From NCBI GenBank assembly GCA_964016885.1, contig OZ024740.1:406720001-406784000 (forward strand): a stretch of 64,000 bases of DNA. The letters run 5' to 3'. The stretch is from Eledone cirrhosa (taxonomy: Eukaryota). A program made the translations under genes and the position numbers. The notes beneath the pieces are model-generated. The model saw only the letters and a list, made by a program, of their open reading frames with translations, was not told where the DNA came from and ran no database searches. Positions 11,301-25,583 of this stretch are shown here, piece after piece. The stretch's first letter is position 1. The number at the start of each line of letters is the position of its first letter.

Positions 11301-14300
11301 CAGACAGGCCTACCTAGACCAGGTCAGTACTGAAATGGGGCTACTGATCTCCCAGACAGGTCTACCTAGACAAGGTCAGTACTGAAGTGGGGCTACTGAT
11401 CTCCCAGACAGGCCTACCTAGACCAGGTCAGTACTGAAGCGGGGCTACTGATCTCCCAGACAGGTCTACCTAGACAAGGTCAGTACTGAAGTGGGGCTAC
11501 TGATCTCCCAGACAGGCCTACCTAGACCAAGTCAGTACTGAAGTGGGGCTACTGATCTCCCAGACAGGCCTACCTAGACCAGGTCAGTACTGAAGCGGGG
11601 CTACTGATCTCCCAGACAGGCCTACCTAGACCAGGTCAGTACTGAAGTGGGGCTACTGATCTCCCAGACAGGCCTACCTAGACCAGGTCAGTACTGAAGT
11701 GGGGCTACTGATCTCCCAGACAGACCTACATAAACCAGGTCAGTATTGAAGCGGGGCTACTGATCTCCCAGAAAGGCCTACCTAGACCAGGTCAGTACTG
11801 AAGTGGGGCTACTGATCTCCCAGACAGGCCAACCTAGACTAGGTCAGTACTGAAGTGGGGCTACTGATCTCCCAGACAGGCCGACCTAGACCAGGTTAGT
11901 ACTGAAGTGGGGCTACTGATCTCCCAGACAGACCTACATAGACCAGGTCAGTACTGATCTCCCAGACAGGCCTACCTAGACCAGGTCAGTACTGAAGTGG
12001 GGCTACTGATCTCCCAGACAAACCTACCTAGACCAGGTCAGTACTGAAGTGGGGCTTTTTATCTCCCAGACAGGCCTACCTAGAGCAGGTCACGACTGAA
12101 GCGGGGCTACTGATCTCCCCAGACAGGCCTACCTAGACCAGGTCAGTACTGAAGTGGGGCTACTGATCTCCCAGACAGGCCTACCTAGACCAGGTCAGTA
12201 CTGAAGTGGGGCTACTGATCTCCCAGACAGGCCTACCTAGACCAGGTCAGTACTGAAGCGGGGCTACTGATCTCCCAGACAGGCCTACCTAGACCAGGTC
12301 AGTACTGAAGTGGGGCTACTGATCTCCCAGACAGGTCTACCTAGACCGGGTCAGTACTGAAGTAGGGCTACTGATCTCCCAGACAGGCCTACCTAGACCG
12401 GGTCAGTACTGAAGTGGGGCTACTGATCTCCCAGACAGGCCTACCTAGACCAGGTCAGTACTGAAGCGGGGCTACTGATCTCCCAGACAGGCCTACCTAG
12501 ACCAGGTCAGTACTGAAGCGGGGCTACTGATCTCCCAGACAGGCCTACCTAGACAAGGTCAGTACTGAAGTGGGGCTACTGATCTCCCAGACAGGCCTAC
12601 CTAGACCGGGTCAGTACTGAAGTGGGGCTACTGATCTCCCAGACAGGCCTACCTAGACCAGGTCAGTACTGAAGTGGGGCTACTGGTCTCCCAGACAGGC
12701 CTACATAGACCAGATCAGTACTGAAGCGGGGCTACTGATCTCCCAGACAGGTCTACCTAGACAAGGTCAGTACTGAAGTGGGGCTACTGATCTCTCAGAC
12801 AGGCCTACCTAGACCAGGTCAGTACTGAAGCGGGGCTACTGGTCTCCCAGACAGGCCTACCTAGACCGGGTCAGTACTGAAGTGGGGCTACTGATCTCCC
12901 AGACAGGCCTACCTAGACCAGGTCAGTACTGAAGTGGGGATACTGATCTCCCAGACAGGTCTACCTAGACAAGGTCAGTACTGAAGTGGGGCTACTGATC
13001 TCCCAGACAGGCCTACCTAGACCAGGTCAGTATTGAAGCGGGGCTACTGATCTCCCAGAAAGGCCTACCTAGACCAGGTCAGTACTGAAGTGGGGCTACT
13101 GATCTCCCAGACAGGCCAACCTAGACTAGGTCAGTACTGAAGTGGGGCTACTGATCTCCCAGACAGGCCGACCTAGACCAGGTTAGTACTGAAGTGGGGC
13201 TACTGATCTCCCAGACAGACCTACCTAGACCAGGTCAGTACTGATCTCCCAGACAGGCCTACCTAGACCAGGTCAGTACTGAAGTGGGGCTACTGATCTC
13301 CCAGACAAACCTACCTAGACCAGGTCAGTACTGAAGTGGGGCTATTGATCTCCCAGACAGGCCTGCCTAGAGCAGGTCACGACTGAAGCGGGGCTACTGA
13401 TCTCCCCAGACAGGCCTACCTAGACCAGGTCAGTACTGAAGTGGGGCTACTGATCTCCCAGACAGGCCTACCTAGACCAGGTCAGTACTGAAGTGGGGCT
13501 AATGATCTCCCAGACAGGCCTACCTAGACCAGGTCAGTACTGAAGTGAGGCTACTGATCTCCCAGACAGGCCTACATAGACCAGGTCAGTACTGATCTCC
13601 CAGACAGGCCAACCTAGACCAGGTCAGTACTGAAGTGGGGCTACTGATCTCCCAGACAGGCCTACATAGACCAGGTCAGTACTTATCTCCCAGACGGGCC
13701 CACCTAGACCAGGTCAGTACTGAAGCGGGGCTACTGATCTCCCAGACAGGCCTACATAGACCAGGTCAGTACTGATCTCCCAGACAGGCCAAACTAGACC
13801 AGGTCAGTACTGAAGTGGGGCTACTGATCTCCCAGACAGGCCTACATAGACCAGGTCAGTACTTATCTCCCAGACGGGCCCACCTAGACCAGGTCAGTAC
13901 TGAAGCGGGGCTACTGATCTCCCAGACAGGCCTACCTAGACCAGGTCAGTACTGATCTCCCAGACAGGCCTACCTAGACCAAGTCAGTACTGAAGTGGGG
14001 CTACTGATCTCCCAGACAGGCCTACCTAGACCAGGTCAGTACTGATCTCCCAAACAGGCCTACCTAGACCGAGTCAGTACTGAAGTGGAGCTACTGATCT
14101 CCCAGACAGACCTACCTAGACCAGGTCAGTACTGAAGTGGGGCTACTGATCTCCCAGACAGGCCTACCTAGACCAGGTCAGTACTGAAGTGGGGCTACTG
14201 ATCTCACAGACAGGCCTACCTAGACCAGGTTAGTACTGAAGTGGGGCTACTGATCTCCCAGACAGGCCTACATAGACCAGGTCACGACTGAAGCGGGGCT

Positions 14301-17300
14301 ACTGATCTCCCAGACAGGCCTACCTAGACCAGGTCAGTACTGAAGTGGGGCTACTGATCTCCCAGACAGGCCTACCTAGACCAGGTTAGTACTGAAGTGG
14401 GGCTACTGATCTCCCAGACAGGCCTACCTAGACCAGGTCAGTACTGAAGTGGGGCTACTGATCTCCCAGACAGGCCTACCTAGACCAGGTCAGTACTGAA
14501 GTGGGGCTACTGATCTCCCAGACAGGCCTACCTAGACCAAGTCAGTACTGAAGTGGGGCTACTGATCTCCCAGACAGGCCTACATAGACCAGGTCAGTAC
14601 TGATCTCCCAGAAAGGCCTACCTAGACCAGGTCAGTACTGAAGTGGGGCTACTGATCTCCCAGACAAACCTACCTAGACCAGGTCAGTACTGAAGTGGGT
14701 CTACTCATCTCCCAGACAGGTCTACCTAGACCAAGTCAGTACTGAAGTGGGGCTACTGATCTCCCAGACAGGCCTACCTAGACCAGGTCAGTACAGAAGT
14801 GGTGCTATTTATCTCCCAGACAGGCCTACCTAGACCAGGTCACGACTGAAGCGGGGCTACTGATCTCCCAGACAGGCCTACCTAGACCAGGTCAGTACTG
14901 AAGTGGGGCTACTGATCTCCCAGACAGGCCTACCTAGACCAGGTCAGTACTGAAGTGGGGCTATTGATCTCCCAGACAGGCCTACCTAGAACAGGTCAGT
15001 ACTGAAATGGGGCTACTGATCTCCCAGACAGGCCTACCTAGACCAGGTCAGTACTGAAGCGGGGCTACTGATCTCCCAGACAGGCCTATATAGACCAGGT
15101 CAGTACTTATCTCCCAGACGGGCCCACCTAGACCTGGTCAGTACTGAAGTGGGGCTAGTTATCCCCCAGACAGGCCTACCTAGACCAGGTCAGTACTGAA
15201 GTGGGGCTACTGATCTCCCAGACAGGCCTACATAGACCAGGTCAGTACTTATCTCCCAGACGGGCCCACCTAGACCAGGTCAGTACTGAAGCGGGGCTAC
15301 TGATCTCCCAGACAGGCCTACCTAGACCAGGTCAGTACTGATCTCCCAGACAGGCCTACCTAGACCAGGTCAGTACTGAAGTGGGGCTACTGATCTCCCA
15401 GACAGGCCTACATAGACCAGGTCAGTACTGATCTCCCAGACAGGCCTACCCAGACCAGGTCAGTACTGAAGTGGGGCTACTGATCTCCCAGACAGGCCTA
15501 CCTAGTCCAAGTCAGTACTGAAGTGGGGCTACTGATCTCCCAGACAGGCCTACCTACACCAGGTCAGTACTGAAGTGGGGCTACTGAACTCCCAGACAGG
15601 CCTACCTAGACCAAGTCAGTACTGAAGTGGGGCTACTGATCTCCCAGACTGGCCTACCTAGACCAGGTCAGTACTGAAGCGGGGCTACTGATCTCCCAGA
15701 CAGGCCTACCTAGACCAGGTCAGTACTGAAGTGGGGCTACTGATCTCCGAGACAGGCCTACCTAGACAAGGTCAGTACTGAAGCGTGGCTAATGATCTCC
15801 CAGACAGGTCTACCTAGACCAGGTCAGTACTGATCTCCCAGACAGGCCTACCTAGACCAGGTCAGTACTGAAGCGGGGCTACTGATCTCCCAGACAGGCC
15901 TACATAGACCAGGTCAGTACTGATCTCCCAGACAGGCCTACCTAGACCAGGTCACGACTGAAGCGGGGCTACTGATCTCCCAGACAGGCCTACCTAGACC
16001 AGGTCAGTACTGAAGTGGGGCTACTGATCTCCCAGACAGGCCTACCTAGACCAGGTTAGTACTGAAGTGGGGCTACTGATCTCCCAGACAGACCTACCTA
16101 GACCAGGTCAGTACTGATCTCCCAGACAGGCCTACCTAGACCAGGTCAGTACTGAAGTGGGGCTACTGATCTCCCAGACAAACCTACCTAGACCAGGTCA
16201 GTACTGAAGTGGGGCTATTGATCTCCCAGACAGGCCTACCTAGAGCAGGTCACGACTGAAGCGGGGCTACTGATCTCCCCAGACAGGCCTACCTAGACCA
16301 GGTCAGTATTGAAGTGGGGCTACTGATCTCCCAGACAGGCCTACCTAGACCAGGTCTGTACTGAAGTGGCGCTAGTGATCTCCCAGACAGGCCTACCTAG
16401 ACCAGGTCAGTACTGAAGTGAGGCTACTGATCTCCCAGACAGGCCTACATAGACCAGGTCAGTACTGATCTCCCAGACAGGCCAACCTAGACCAGGTCAG
16501 TACTGAAGTGGGGCTATTGATCTCCCAGACAGGCCTACATAGACCAGGTCAGTACTTATCTCCCAGACGGGCCCACCTAGACCAGGTCAGTACTGAAGCG
16601 GGGCTACTGATCTCCCAGACAGGCCTACATAGACCAGGTCAGTACTGATCTCCCAGACAGGCCTACCTAGACCAGGTCACGACTGAAGCGGGGCTACTGA
16701 TCTCCCAGACAGGCCTACCTAGACCAGGTCAGTACTGAAGTGGGGCTACTGATCTCCCAGACTGGCCTACCTAGACAAGGTCAGTACTGAAGCGGGGCTA
16801 CTGATCTCCCAGACAGGCCTACCTAGACCAGGTCAATACTGAAGTGGGGCTACTGATCTCCCAGACAGGCCTACCTAGACAAGGTCAGTACTGAAGCGTG
16901 GCTAATGATCTCCCAGACAGGTCTACCTAGACCAGGTCAGTACTGATCTCCCAGACAGGCCTACCTAGACCAGGTCAGTACTGAAGCGGGGCTACTGATC
17001 TCCCAGACAGGCCTACATAGACCAGGTCAGTACTGATCTCCCAGACAGGCCTACCTAGACCAGGTCACGACTGAAGCGGGGCTACTGATCTCCCAGACAG
17101 GCCTACCTAGACCAGGTCAGTACTGAAGTGGGGCTACTGATCTCCCAGACAGGCCTACATAGACCAGGTCAGTACTTATCTCCCAGACGGGCCCACCTAG
17201 ACCAGGTCAGTACTGAAGCGGGGCTACTGATCTCCCAGACAGGCCTACCTAGACCAGGTCAGTACTGATCTCCCAGACAGGCCTACCTAGACCAGGTCAG

Positions 17301-20300
17301 TACTGAAGTGGGGCTACTGATCTCCCAGACAGGCCTACATAGACCAGGTCAGTACTGATCTCCCAGACAGGCCTACCCAGACCAGGTCAGTACTGAAGTG
17401 GGGCTACTGATCTCCCAGACAGGCCTACCTAGTCCAAGTCAGTACTGAAGTGGGGCTACTGATCTCCCAGACAGGCCTACCTACACCAGGTCAGTACTGA
17501 AGTGGGGCTACTGAACTCCCAGACAGGCCTACCTACACCAAGTCAGTACTGAAGTGGGGCTACTGATCTCCCAGACTGGCCTACCTAGACCAGGTCAGTA
17601 CTGAAGCGGGGCTACTGATCTCCCAGACAGGCCTACCTAGACCAGGTCAGTACTGAAGTGGGGCTACTGATCTCCCAGACAGGCCTACCTAGACAAGGTC
17701 AGTACTGAAGCGTGGCTAATGATCTCCCAGACAGGTCTACCTAGACCAGGTCAGTACTGATCTCCCAGACAGGCCTACCTAGACCAGGTCAGTACTGAAG
17801 CGGGGCTACTGATCTCCCAGACAGGCCTACATAGACCAGGTCAGTACTGATCTCCCAGACAGGCCTACCTAGACCAGGTCACGACTGAAGCGGGGCTACT
17901 GATCTCCCAGACAGGCCTACCTAGACCAGGTCAGTACTGAAGTGGGGCTACTGATCTCCCAGACAGGCCTACCTAGACCAGGTTAGTACTGAAGTGGGGC
18001 TACTGATCTCCCAGACAGACCTACCTAGACCAGGTCAGTACTGATCTCCCAGACAGGCCTACCTAGACCAGGTCAGTACTGAAGTGGGGCTGCTGATCTC
18101 CCAGACAAACCTACCTAGACCAGGTCAGTACTGAAGTGGGGCTATTGATCTCCCAGACAGGCCTACCTAGAGCAGGTCACGACTGAAGCGGGGCTACTGA
18201 TCTCCCCAGACAGGCCTACCTAGACCAGGTCAGTATTGAAGTGGGGCTACTGATCTCCCAGACAGGCCTACCTAGACCAGGTCTGTACTGAAGTGGGGCT
18301 AGTGATCTCCCAGACAGGCCTACCTAGACCAGGTCAGTACTGAAGTGAGGCTACTGATCTCCCAGACAGGCCTACATAGACCAGGTCAGTACTGATCTCC
18401 CAGACAGGCCAACCTAGACCAGGTCAGTACTGAAGTGGGGCTATTGATCTCCCAGACAGGCCTACATAGACCAGGTCAGTACTTATCTCCCAGACGGGCC
18501 CACCTAGACCAGGTCAGTACTGAAGCGGGGCTACTGATCTCCCAGACAGGCCTACATAGACCAGGTCAGTACTGATCTCCCAGACAGGCCTACCTAGACC
18601 AGGTCACGACTGAAGCGGGGCTACTGATCTCCCAGACAGGCCTACCTAGACCAGGTCAGTACTGAAGTGGGGCTACTGATCTCCCAGACTGGGCTACCTA
18701 GACAAGGTCAGTACTGAAGCGGGGCTACTGATCTCCCAGACAGGCCTACCTAGACCAGGTCAGTACTGAAGTGGGGCTACTGATCTCCCAGACAGGCCTA
18801 CCTAGACAAGGTCAGTACTGAAGCGTGGCTAATGATCTCCCAGACAGGTCTACCTAGACCAGGTCAGTACTGATCTCCCAGACAGGCCTACCTAGACCAG
18901 GTCAGTACTGAAGCGGGGCTACTGATCTCCCAGACAGGCCTACATAGACCAGGTCAGTACTGATCTCCCAGACAGGCCTACCTAGACCAGGTCACGACTG
19001 AAGCGGGGCTACTGATCTCCCAGACAGGCCTACCTAGACCAGGTCAGTACTGAAGTGGGGCTACTGATCTCCCAGACAGGCCTACCTAGACCAGGTTAGT
19101 ACTGAAGTGGGGCTACTGATCTCCCAGACAGACCTACCTAGACCAGGTCAGTACTGATCTCCCAGACAGGCCTACCTAGACCAGGTCAGTACTGAAGTGG
19201 GGCTACTGATCTCCCAGACAAACCTACCTAGACCAGGTCAGTACTGAAGTGGGGCTATTGATCTCCCAGACAGGCCTACCTAGAGCAGGTCACGACTGAA
19301 GCGGGGCTACTGATCTCCCCAGACAGGCCTACCTAGACCAGGTCAGTACTGGTCTCCCAGACAGGCCTACATAGACCAGGTCAGTACTGAAGCGAGGCTA
19401 CTTATCTCCCAGACAGGCCTACCTAGACCAGGTCAGTACTGAAGTGGGGCTATTGATCTCCCAGACAGGCCTACCTAGACCAGGTCAGTACTGAAGCGGG
19501 GCTACTGATCTCCCAGACAGGCCTATTTAGACCAGGTCAGTACTGAAGCGGGGCTACTGATCTCCCAGACAGGCCTAGCTAGACCAGGTCAGTACTGAAG
19601 CGGGGCTACTGATCTCCCAGACAGGCCTACCGAGACCAGGTTAGTACTGAAGTGGCGCGACTGATCTCCCAGACAGGCCTACCTAGACCAGGTCAGTACT
19701 GAAGCGGGGCTACTGATCTCCCAGACAGGCCTACCTAGACCAGGTCAGTACTGAAGTGGGGCTACTGATCTCCCTGACAGGCCTATCTAGACCAAGTCAG
19801 TACTGAAGTGGGGCTACTGATCTCCAAGACAGGCCTACCTACACCAGGTCAGTACTAAAGTGGGGCTACTGATCTCCCAGACAGGCCTACCTAGACCAGG
19901 TCAGTACTGATCTCCCAGACAGGCCTACCTAGCCCAGTTCAGTACTGAAGTGGGGCTACTGATCTCCCAGACAGACCTACCTAGACCAGGTCAGTACTGA
20001 AGTGGGGCTACTGATCTACCTGACAGGCCTACCTAGACCAAGTCAGTACTGAAGTGGGGCTACTGATCTCCAAGACAGGCCTACCTAGACCAGGTGAGTA
20101 CTGATCTCCCAGACAGGCCTACCTAGCCCAGTTCAGTACTGAAGTGGGGCTACTGATCTCCCAGACAGACCTACCTAGACCAGGTCAGTACTGAAGTGGG
20201 GCTACTGATCTCCCAGACAGACCTACCTAGACCAAGTCAGTACTGAAGTGGGGCTACTGATCTCCCAGACAGACCTACCTAGCCCAGTTCAGTACTGAAG

Positions 20301-23300
20301 TGGGGCTACTGATCTCCCAGACAGACCTACCTAGACCAAGTCAGTACTGAAGTGGGGCTACTGATCTCCAAGACAGGCCTACCTAGACCAGGTCAGTACT
20401 GATCTCCCAGACAGGCCTACCTACACCAGGTCAGTACTGATCTCCCAGACAGGCCTACCTAGACCAGGTCAGTACTGAATTGGGGCTACTGATCTCCCAG
20501 ACAGGCTTCCCTAGACCAAGTCAGTACTGAAGCGGGGCTACTGATCTCCCAGACAGGCCTACCTAGACCAGGTCAGTACTGAAGTGGGGCTACTGATCTC
20601 CCAGACAGGCTTCCCTAGACCAAGTCAGTACTGAAGCGGGGCTACTGATCTCCCAGACAGGCCTACCTAGACCAGGTCAGTACTGAAGTGGGGCTACTGA
20701 TCTCCCAGACAGGCTTCCCTAGACCAAGTCAGTACTGAAGCGGGGCTACTGATCTCCCAGACAGGCTTCCCTAGACCAAGTCAGTACTGAAGCGGGGCTA
20801 CTGATCTCCCAGACAGGCTTCCCTAGACCAAGTCAGTACTGAAGCGGGGCTACTGATCTCCCAGACAGGCCTACCTAGACCAGGTCAGTACTGATCTCCC
20901 AGACAGGCCTACCTAGACCAGGTCAGTACTGAAGCGGGGCTACTGATCTCCCAGAGAGGCCTACCTAGACCAGGTCAGTACTGAAGTGGGGCTACTGATC
21001 TACCAGACAGGCCTACCTAGACCAGGTCAGTACTGAAGTGGGGCTACTGATCTCCCAGACAGGCCTACCTAGACCAGGTCAGTACTGAAGCGGGGCTACT
21101 GATCTCCCAGAGAGGCCTACCTAGACCAGGTCAGTACTGAAGTGGGGCTACTGATCTACCAGACAGGCCTACCTAGACCAGGTCAGTACTGAAGTGGGGC
21201 TACTGATCTCCCAGACAGGCCTACCTAGACCAGGTCAGTACTGAAGCGGTGCTTCTGATATCACAGACAGGCCTACCTAGACCAGGTCAGTACTGAAGTG
21301 GGGCTACTGATCTTCCAGACAGGCCTACCTAGACCAGGTCAGTACTGAAGTGGGGCTACTGATCTCCCAGACAGGCCTACCTAGACCAAGTCAGTACTGA
21401 AGTGGGGCTACTGATCTCCCAGACAGGCCTACATAGACCAGGTCAGTGCTGAAGTGGGGCTACTGATCTCCCAGACAGGCCTACCTAGACCAGGTCAGTA
21501 CTGAAGTGGGGCTACTGATTTCCCTGACAGGCCTACCTAGAGCAAGTCAGTACTGAAGTGGGGCTAGCGATCTCCCAGACAGACCTACCTAGACCAGGTC
21601 AGTACTGAATGGGGCTACTGATCTCCCAGACAGGCCTACCTAGACCAGGTCAGTACTGAAGTGGGGCTACTGATCTCCCAGACAGGCCTACCTAGACCAG
21701 GTCAGTACTGAAGTGGGGCTACTGATCTCCCAGACAGGCCTACCTAGACCAGGTCAGTACTGAAGTGGGGCTACTGATCTCCCAGACAGGCCTACCTAGA
21801 CCAAGTCAGTACTGAAGCGGGGCTACTGATCTCCCAGACAGGCCTACCTAGACCAGGTCAGTACTGAAGTGGGGCTACTGATCTCCCAGACAGGCCTACC
21901 TAGACAAGGTCAGTACTGAAGCGGGGCCACTTATCTCCCAGACAGGCCTTCCTAGACCAGGTCAGTACTGAAGTGGGGCTACTGATCTCCCAGACTGGCC
22001 TACCTAGACCAAGTCAGTCCTGAAGTGGGGCTACTGATCTCCCAGACAGGCCTACCTAGACCAGGTCAGTACTGAAGTGGGGCTACTGATCTCCCAGACA
22101 GGCCTACCTAGACCAGGTCAGTACTGAAGCGGGGCTACTGATCTCCCAGAGAGGCCTACCTAGACCAGGTCAGTACTGAAGTGGGGCTACTGATCTACCA
22201 GACAGGCCTACCTAGACCAGGTCAGTACTGAAGTGGGGCTACTGATCTCCCAGACAGGCCTACCTAGACCAGGTCAGTACTGAAGCGGGGCTACTGATCT
22301 CCCAGACAGGCCTACCTAGACCAGGTCAGTACTGAAGCGGGGCTACTGATCTCCCAGAGAGGCCTACCTAGACCAGGTCAGTACTGAAGTGCGGCTACTG
22401 ATCTACCAGACAGGCCTACCTAGACCAGGTCAGTACTGAAGTGGGGCTACTGATCTCCCAGACAGGCCTACCTAGACCAGGTCAGTACTGAAGCGGGGCT
22501 ACTGATCTCCCAGAGAGGCCTACCTAGACCAGGTCAGTACTGAAGTGGGGCTACTGATCTACCAGACAGGCCTACCTAGACCAGGTCAGTACTGAAGTGG
22601 GGCTACTGATCTCCCAGACAGGCCTACCTAGACCAGGTCAGTACTGAAGCGGGGCTTCTGATATCACAGACAGGCCTACCTAGACCAGGTCAGTACTGAA
22701 GTGGGGCTACTGATCTTCCAGACAGGCCTACCTAGACCAGGTCAGTACTGAAGTGGGGCTACTGATCTCCCAGACAGGCCTACCTAGACCAAGTCAGTAC
22801 TGAAGTGGGGCTACTGATCTCCAAGACAGGCCTACATAGACCAGGTCAGTGCTGAAGTGGGGCTACTGATCTCCCAGACAGGCCTACATAGACCAGGTCA
22901 GTACTGAAGTGGGGCTACTGATCTTCCAGACAGGCCTACCTAGACCAAGTCAGTACTGAAGTGGGGCTACTGATCTCCCAGACAGGCCTACATAGACCAG
23001 GTCAGTGCTGAAGTGGGGCTACTGATCTCCCAGACAGGCCTACATAGACCAGGTCAGTACTGAAGTGGGGCTACTGATCTCCCAGACAGGCCTACCTAGA
23101 CCAAGTCAGTACTGAAGTGGGGCTACTGATCTCCCAGACAGGCCTACATAGACCAGGTCAGTACTGAAGTGGGGCTACTGATCTTCCAGACAGGCCTACC
23201 TAGACCAAGTCAGTACTGAAGTGGGGCTACTGATCTCCCAGACAGGCCTACCTAGACCAAGTCAGTACTGAAGTGGGGCTACCGATCTCCCAGACAGGCC

Positions 23301-23922
23301 CACATAGACCAGGTCAGTACTGAATGGGGCTACTGATCTCCCAGACAGGCCTACCTAGACCAGGTCAGTACTGAAGTGGGGCTACTGATTTCCCTGACAG
23401 GCCTACCTAGAGCAAGTCAGTACTGAAGTGGGGCTAGCGATCTCCCAGACAGACCTACCTAGACCAGGTCAGTACTGAATGGGGCTACTGATCTCCCAGA
23501 CAGGCCTACCTAGACCAGGTCAGTACTGAAGTGGGGCTACTGATCTCCCAGACAGGCCTACCTAGACCAGGTCAGTACTGAAGTGGGGCTACTGATCTCC
23601 CAGACAGGCCTACCTAGACCAGGTCAGTACTGAAGTGGGGCTACTGATCTCCCAGACTGGCCTACCTAGACCAAGTCAGTCCTGAAGTGGGGCTACTGAT
23701 CTCCCAGACAGGCCTACCTAGACCAGGTCAGTACTGAAGTGGGGCTACTGATCTCCCAGACAGGCCTACCTAGACCAGGTCAGTACTGAAGTGGGGCTAC
23801 TGATCTACCAGACAGGCCTACCTACACCAGGTCAGTACTGAAGCGGGGCTACTGATCTCCCAGACAGGCCTACCTAGACCAGGTCAGTACTGAAGTGGGG
23901 CTACTGATCTCCCAGACAGGCC
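8341..23922. repeat. 15.6-kb satellite array, 52-bp unit CTCCCAGACAGGCCTACCTAGACCAGGTCAGTACTGAAGTGGGGCTACTGAT with a 38-bp deletion variant
   Basis: Unit starts at 8341 and 8393 give a period of 52. The short variant lacks the 14 bp between the two TACTGA hexamers. Confidence 0.99.
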
Positions 23923-24380
23923 AGTCATCTACATCTCACTTATGTATGGTTTCACGTTTTACTGATTGCACATGAAAGGTTGTCATGCTTTTGATACTAC
24001 TGAAGCGTCTTTCAAACCCTTTGTTTGGCAACATATCTATGGTTGGATGTACTGGGTACGTTTATTGTGTAGGTCACTAACACTAGGAGAGGTTGACTTA
24101 CCATGACACGCCTCAAGGGTTCTCTGTCTCTCTCTCTCATGGAGATGAGAACACTCAGTGCCAGAAACAGTAGTGGAAAGAATAGCTGAGGGATGATAGT
24201 GGGGGGGAATGGGTTGTGTGCAGGGAATAGCTACAAACATGAAATAGGGTGATATGGGTGGGTGTGTGGTGTAGTGTTGCTGAGAATAGCTGTTAGTGAG
24301 TGCAAGTGGAAGTAGGGGACACAGGGTTAAATCAGGCCACATTGTATGCTTTAGGTCAGGTTTCTTCAGCATAGTACCAG

Positions 24381-24464
24381 AAAGTGTCTAGTCCTATAGT
24401 CTTAATTGACCAATACCTTGTAAGTGAAATTTGGTAAATGGAATCTGTTGAAGCCCATCGTATA
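24381..24464 (+). mobile_element. SINE 3' fragment whose TA tail received the maT insertion
   Basis: Homologous to 5218-5290; ends in gaagcccatcgtata. Confidence 0.55.
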
Positions 24465-25350
24465 CAGGGTGCGGACGATATTTGTTCGCAAGATTACTGT
24501 CTAGGAAAAAATAACACAGTAGTTTTATTTTTTAAGATATATTTATCAAACTTGGGTCAGTTTGTCTTCATGACTTGTTCTTTCGATCTCACTCGATAAA
24601 CCCGCCATTGGCTTTGATGACGGCCTCAAGGCAGCCTCGGAACCAGCTACAGGCCTTCGTCACTGTCCCCCGACTTAGGCTCCTAAAGGCACTTGTGATC
24701 CTGGCCTTCAGATCGTCTTTCGTATTGCAGCTAGATCTGTTGGTGTCTCGTTCCACTGCGTCCCACACAAAGAAGTCGAGGGGGTTGCAGTCAGGTGAGC
24801 TGGGAGGCCAGATGTCAGGTGAAGTGTGGTCGACGAAGTTCTATGACAGCCAGGCTTGGGTCTTTCGGCTGGTATGGCAGGGCGCTGAGTCTTGCTGCCA
24901 CACGAACGGCCTACCTGCAGCTACCTGGTCAATTCAAGGCTTTACTACCTCGCTCAGAACGCGGATGTAGCCATCGGTGTTCAGCTTGAGGCCCTCAGGA
25001 AAGAAGTGAGATGGCAGGACGTCACCTTGATTGCTGACGACACCTAAGACCAATGTTGTCGCTGGAAACTTTGTCTGCATGACTCTGGGCACATCTTTGG
25101 ATGAGACACCATTCTCCTGCTGACGCTGAGAAAGTCGAAATTTCCTTATTTGTCCCCCCGGCACGGATTCCAAGAAGAACTCTGTGTCTCTTCCACAAAT
25201 TTGGAGGTTCAAAATTATTCATAATTATTCTGAAAATAAATAATGGAAATATAGTCACTGTTTTTATGAAGACAAGAGTGACAACGGAAGTAAAAAAAAT
25301 TTGCATAAAATTAGCAGTTGAAAATTGCGAACAAATATCGTCCTCACCTG
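24465..25350 (-). mobile_element. Tc1/mariner DD37D (maT-type) DNA transposon, internally deleted and non-autonomous
   Basis: TIRs cagggtgcggacgatatttgttcgcaa / ttgcgaacaaatatcgtcctcacctg with TA on both sides. The minus strand reads WQQDSAPCH...WPPSSPDCNPLDFFVW, with 37 residues between the last two catalytic Asp, and has in-frame stops. Confidence 0.92.
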
Positions 25351-25446
25351 TATATATATATATTATATGGAGTCGGGATCCGGCGGCTGAGCTCTTGCCA
25401 TTTCAACAGCTCGTTCCATACTCTACTACCCCAGTTTCAAACTGAG

Positions 25447-25503
25447 TCTGTCTGTCTGCCTGCCTGCCTGCCTGCCTGCCTGTCTGCCTGCCTGCCTGCC
25501 TGT

Positions 25504-25568
<65 letters not shown>

Positions 25569-25583
25569 TGTCTGTCTGTCTGT
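25447..25583. repeat. Compound (TCTG)n/(CCTG)n microsatellite
   Basis: Directly visible; abuts the 5' end of Tx1 copy A. Confidence 0.97.

Noticed and set aside
24037-24372. 111-aa minus-strand ORF
   Set aside because: No motifs; composition is consistent with a chance ORF.
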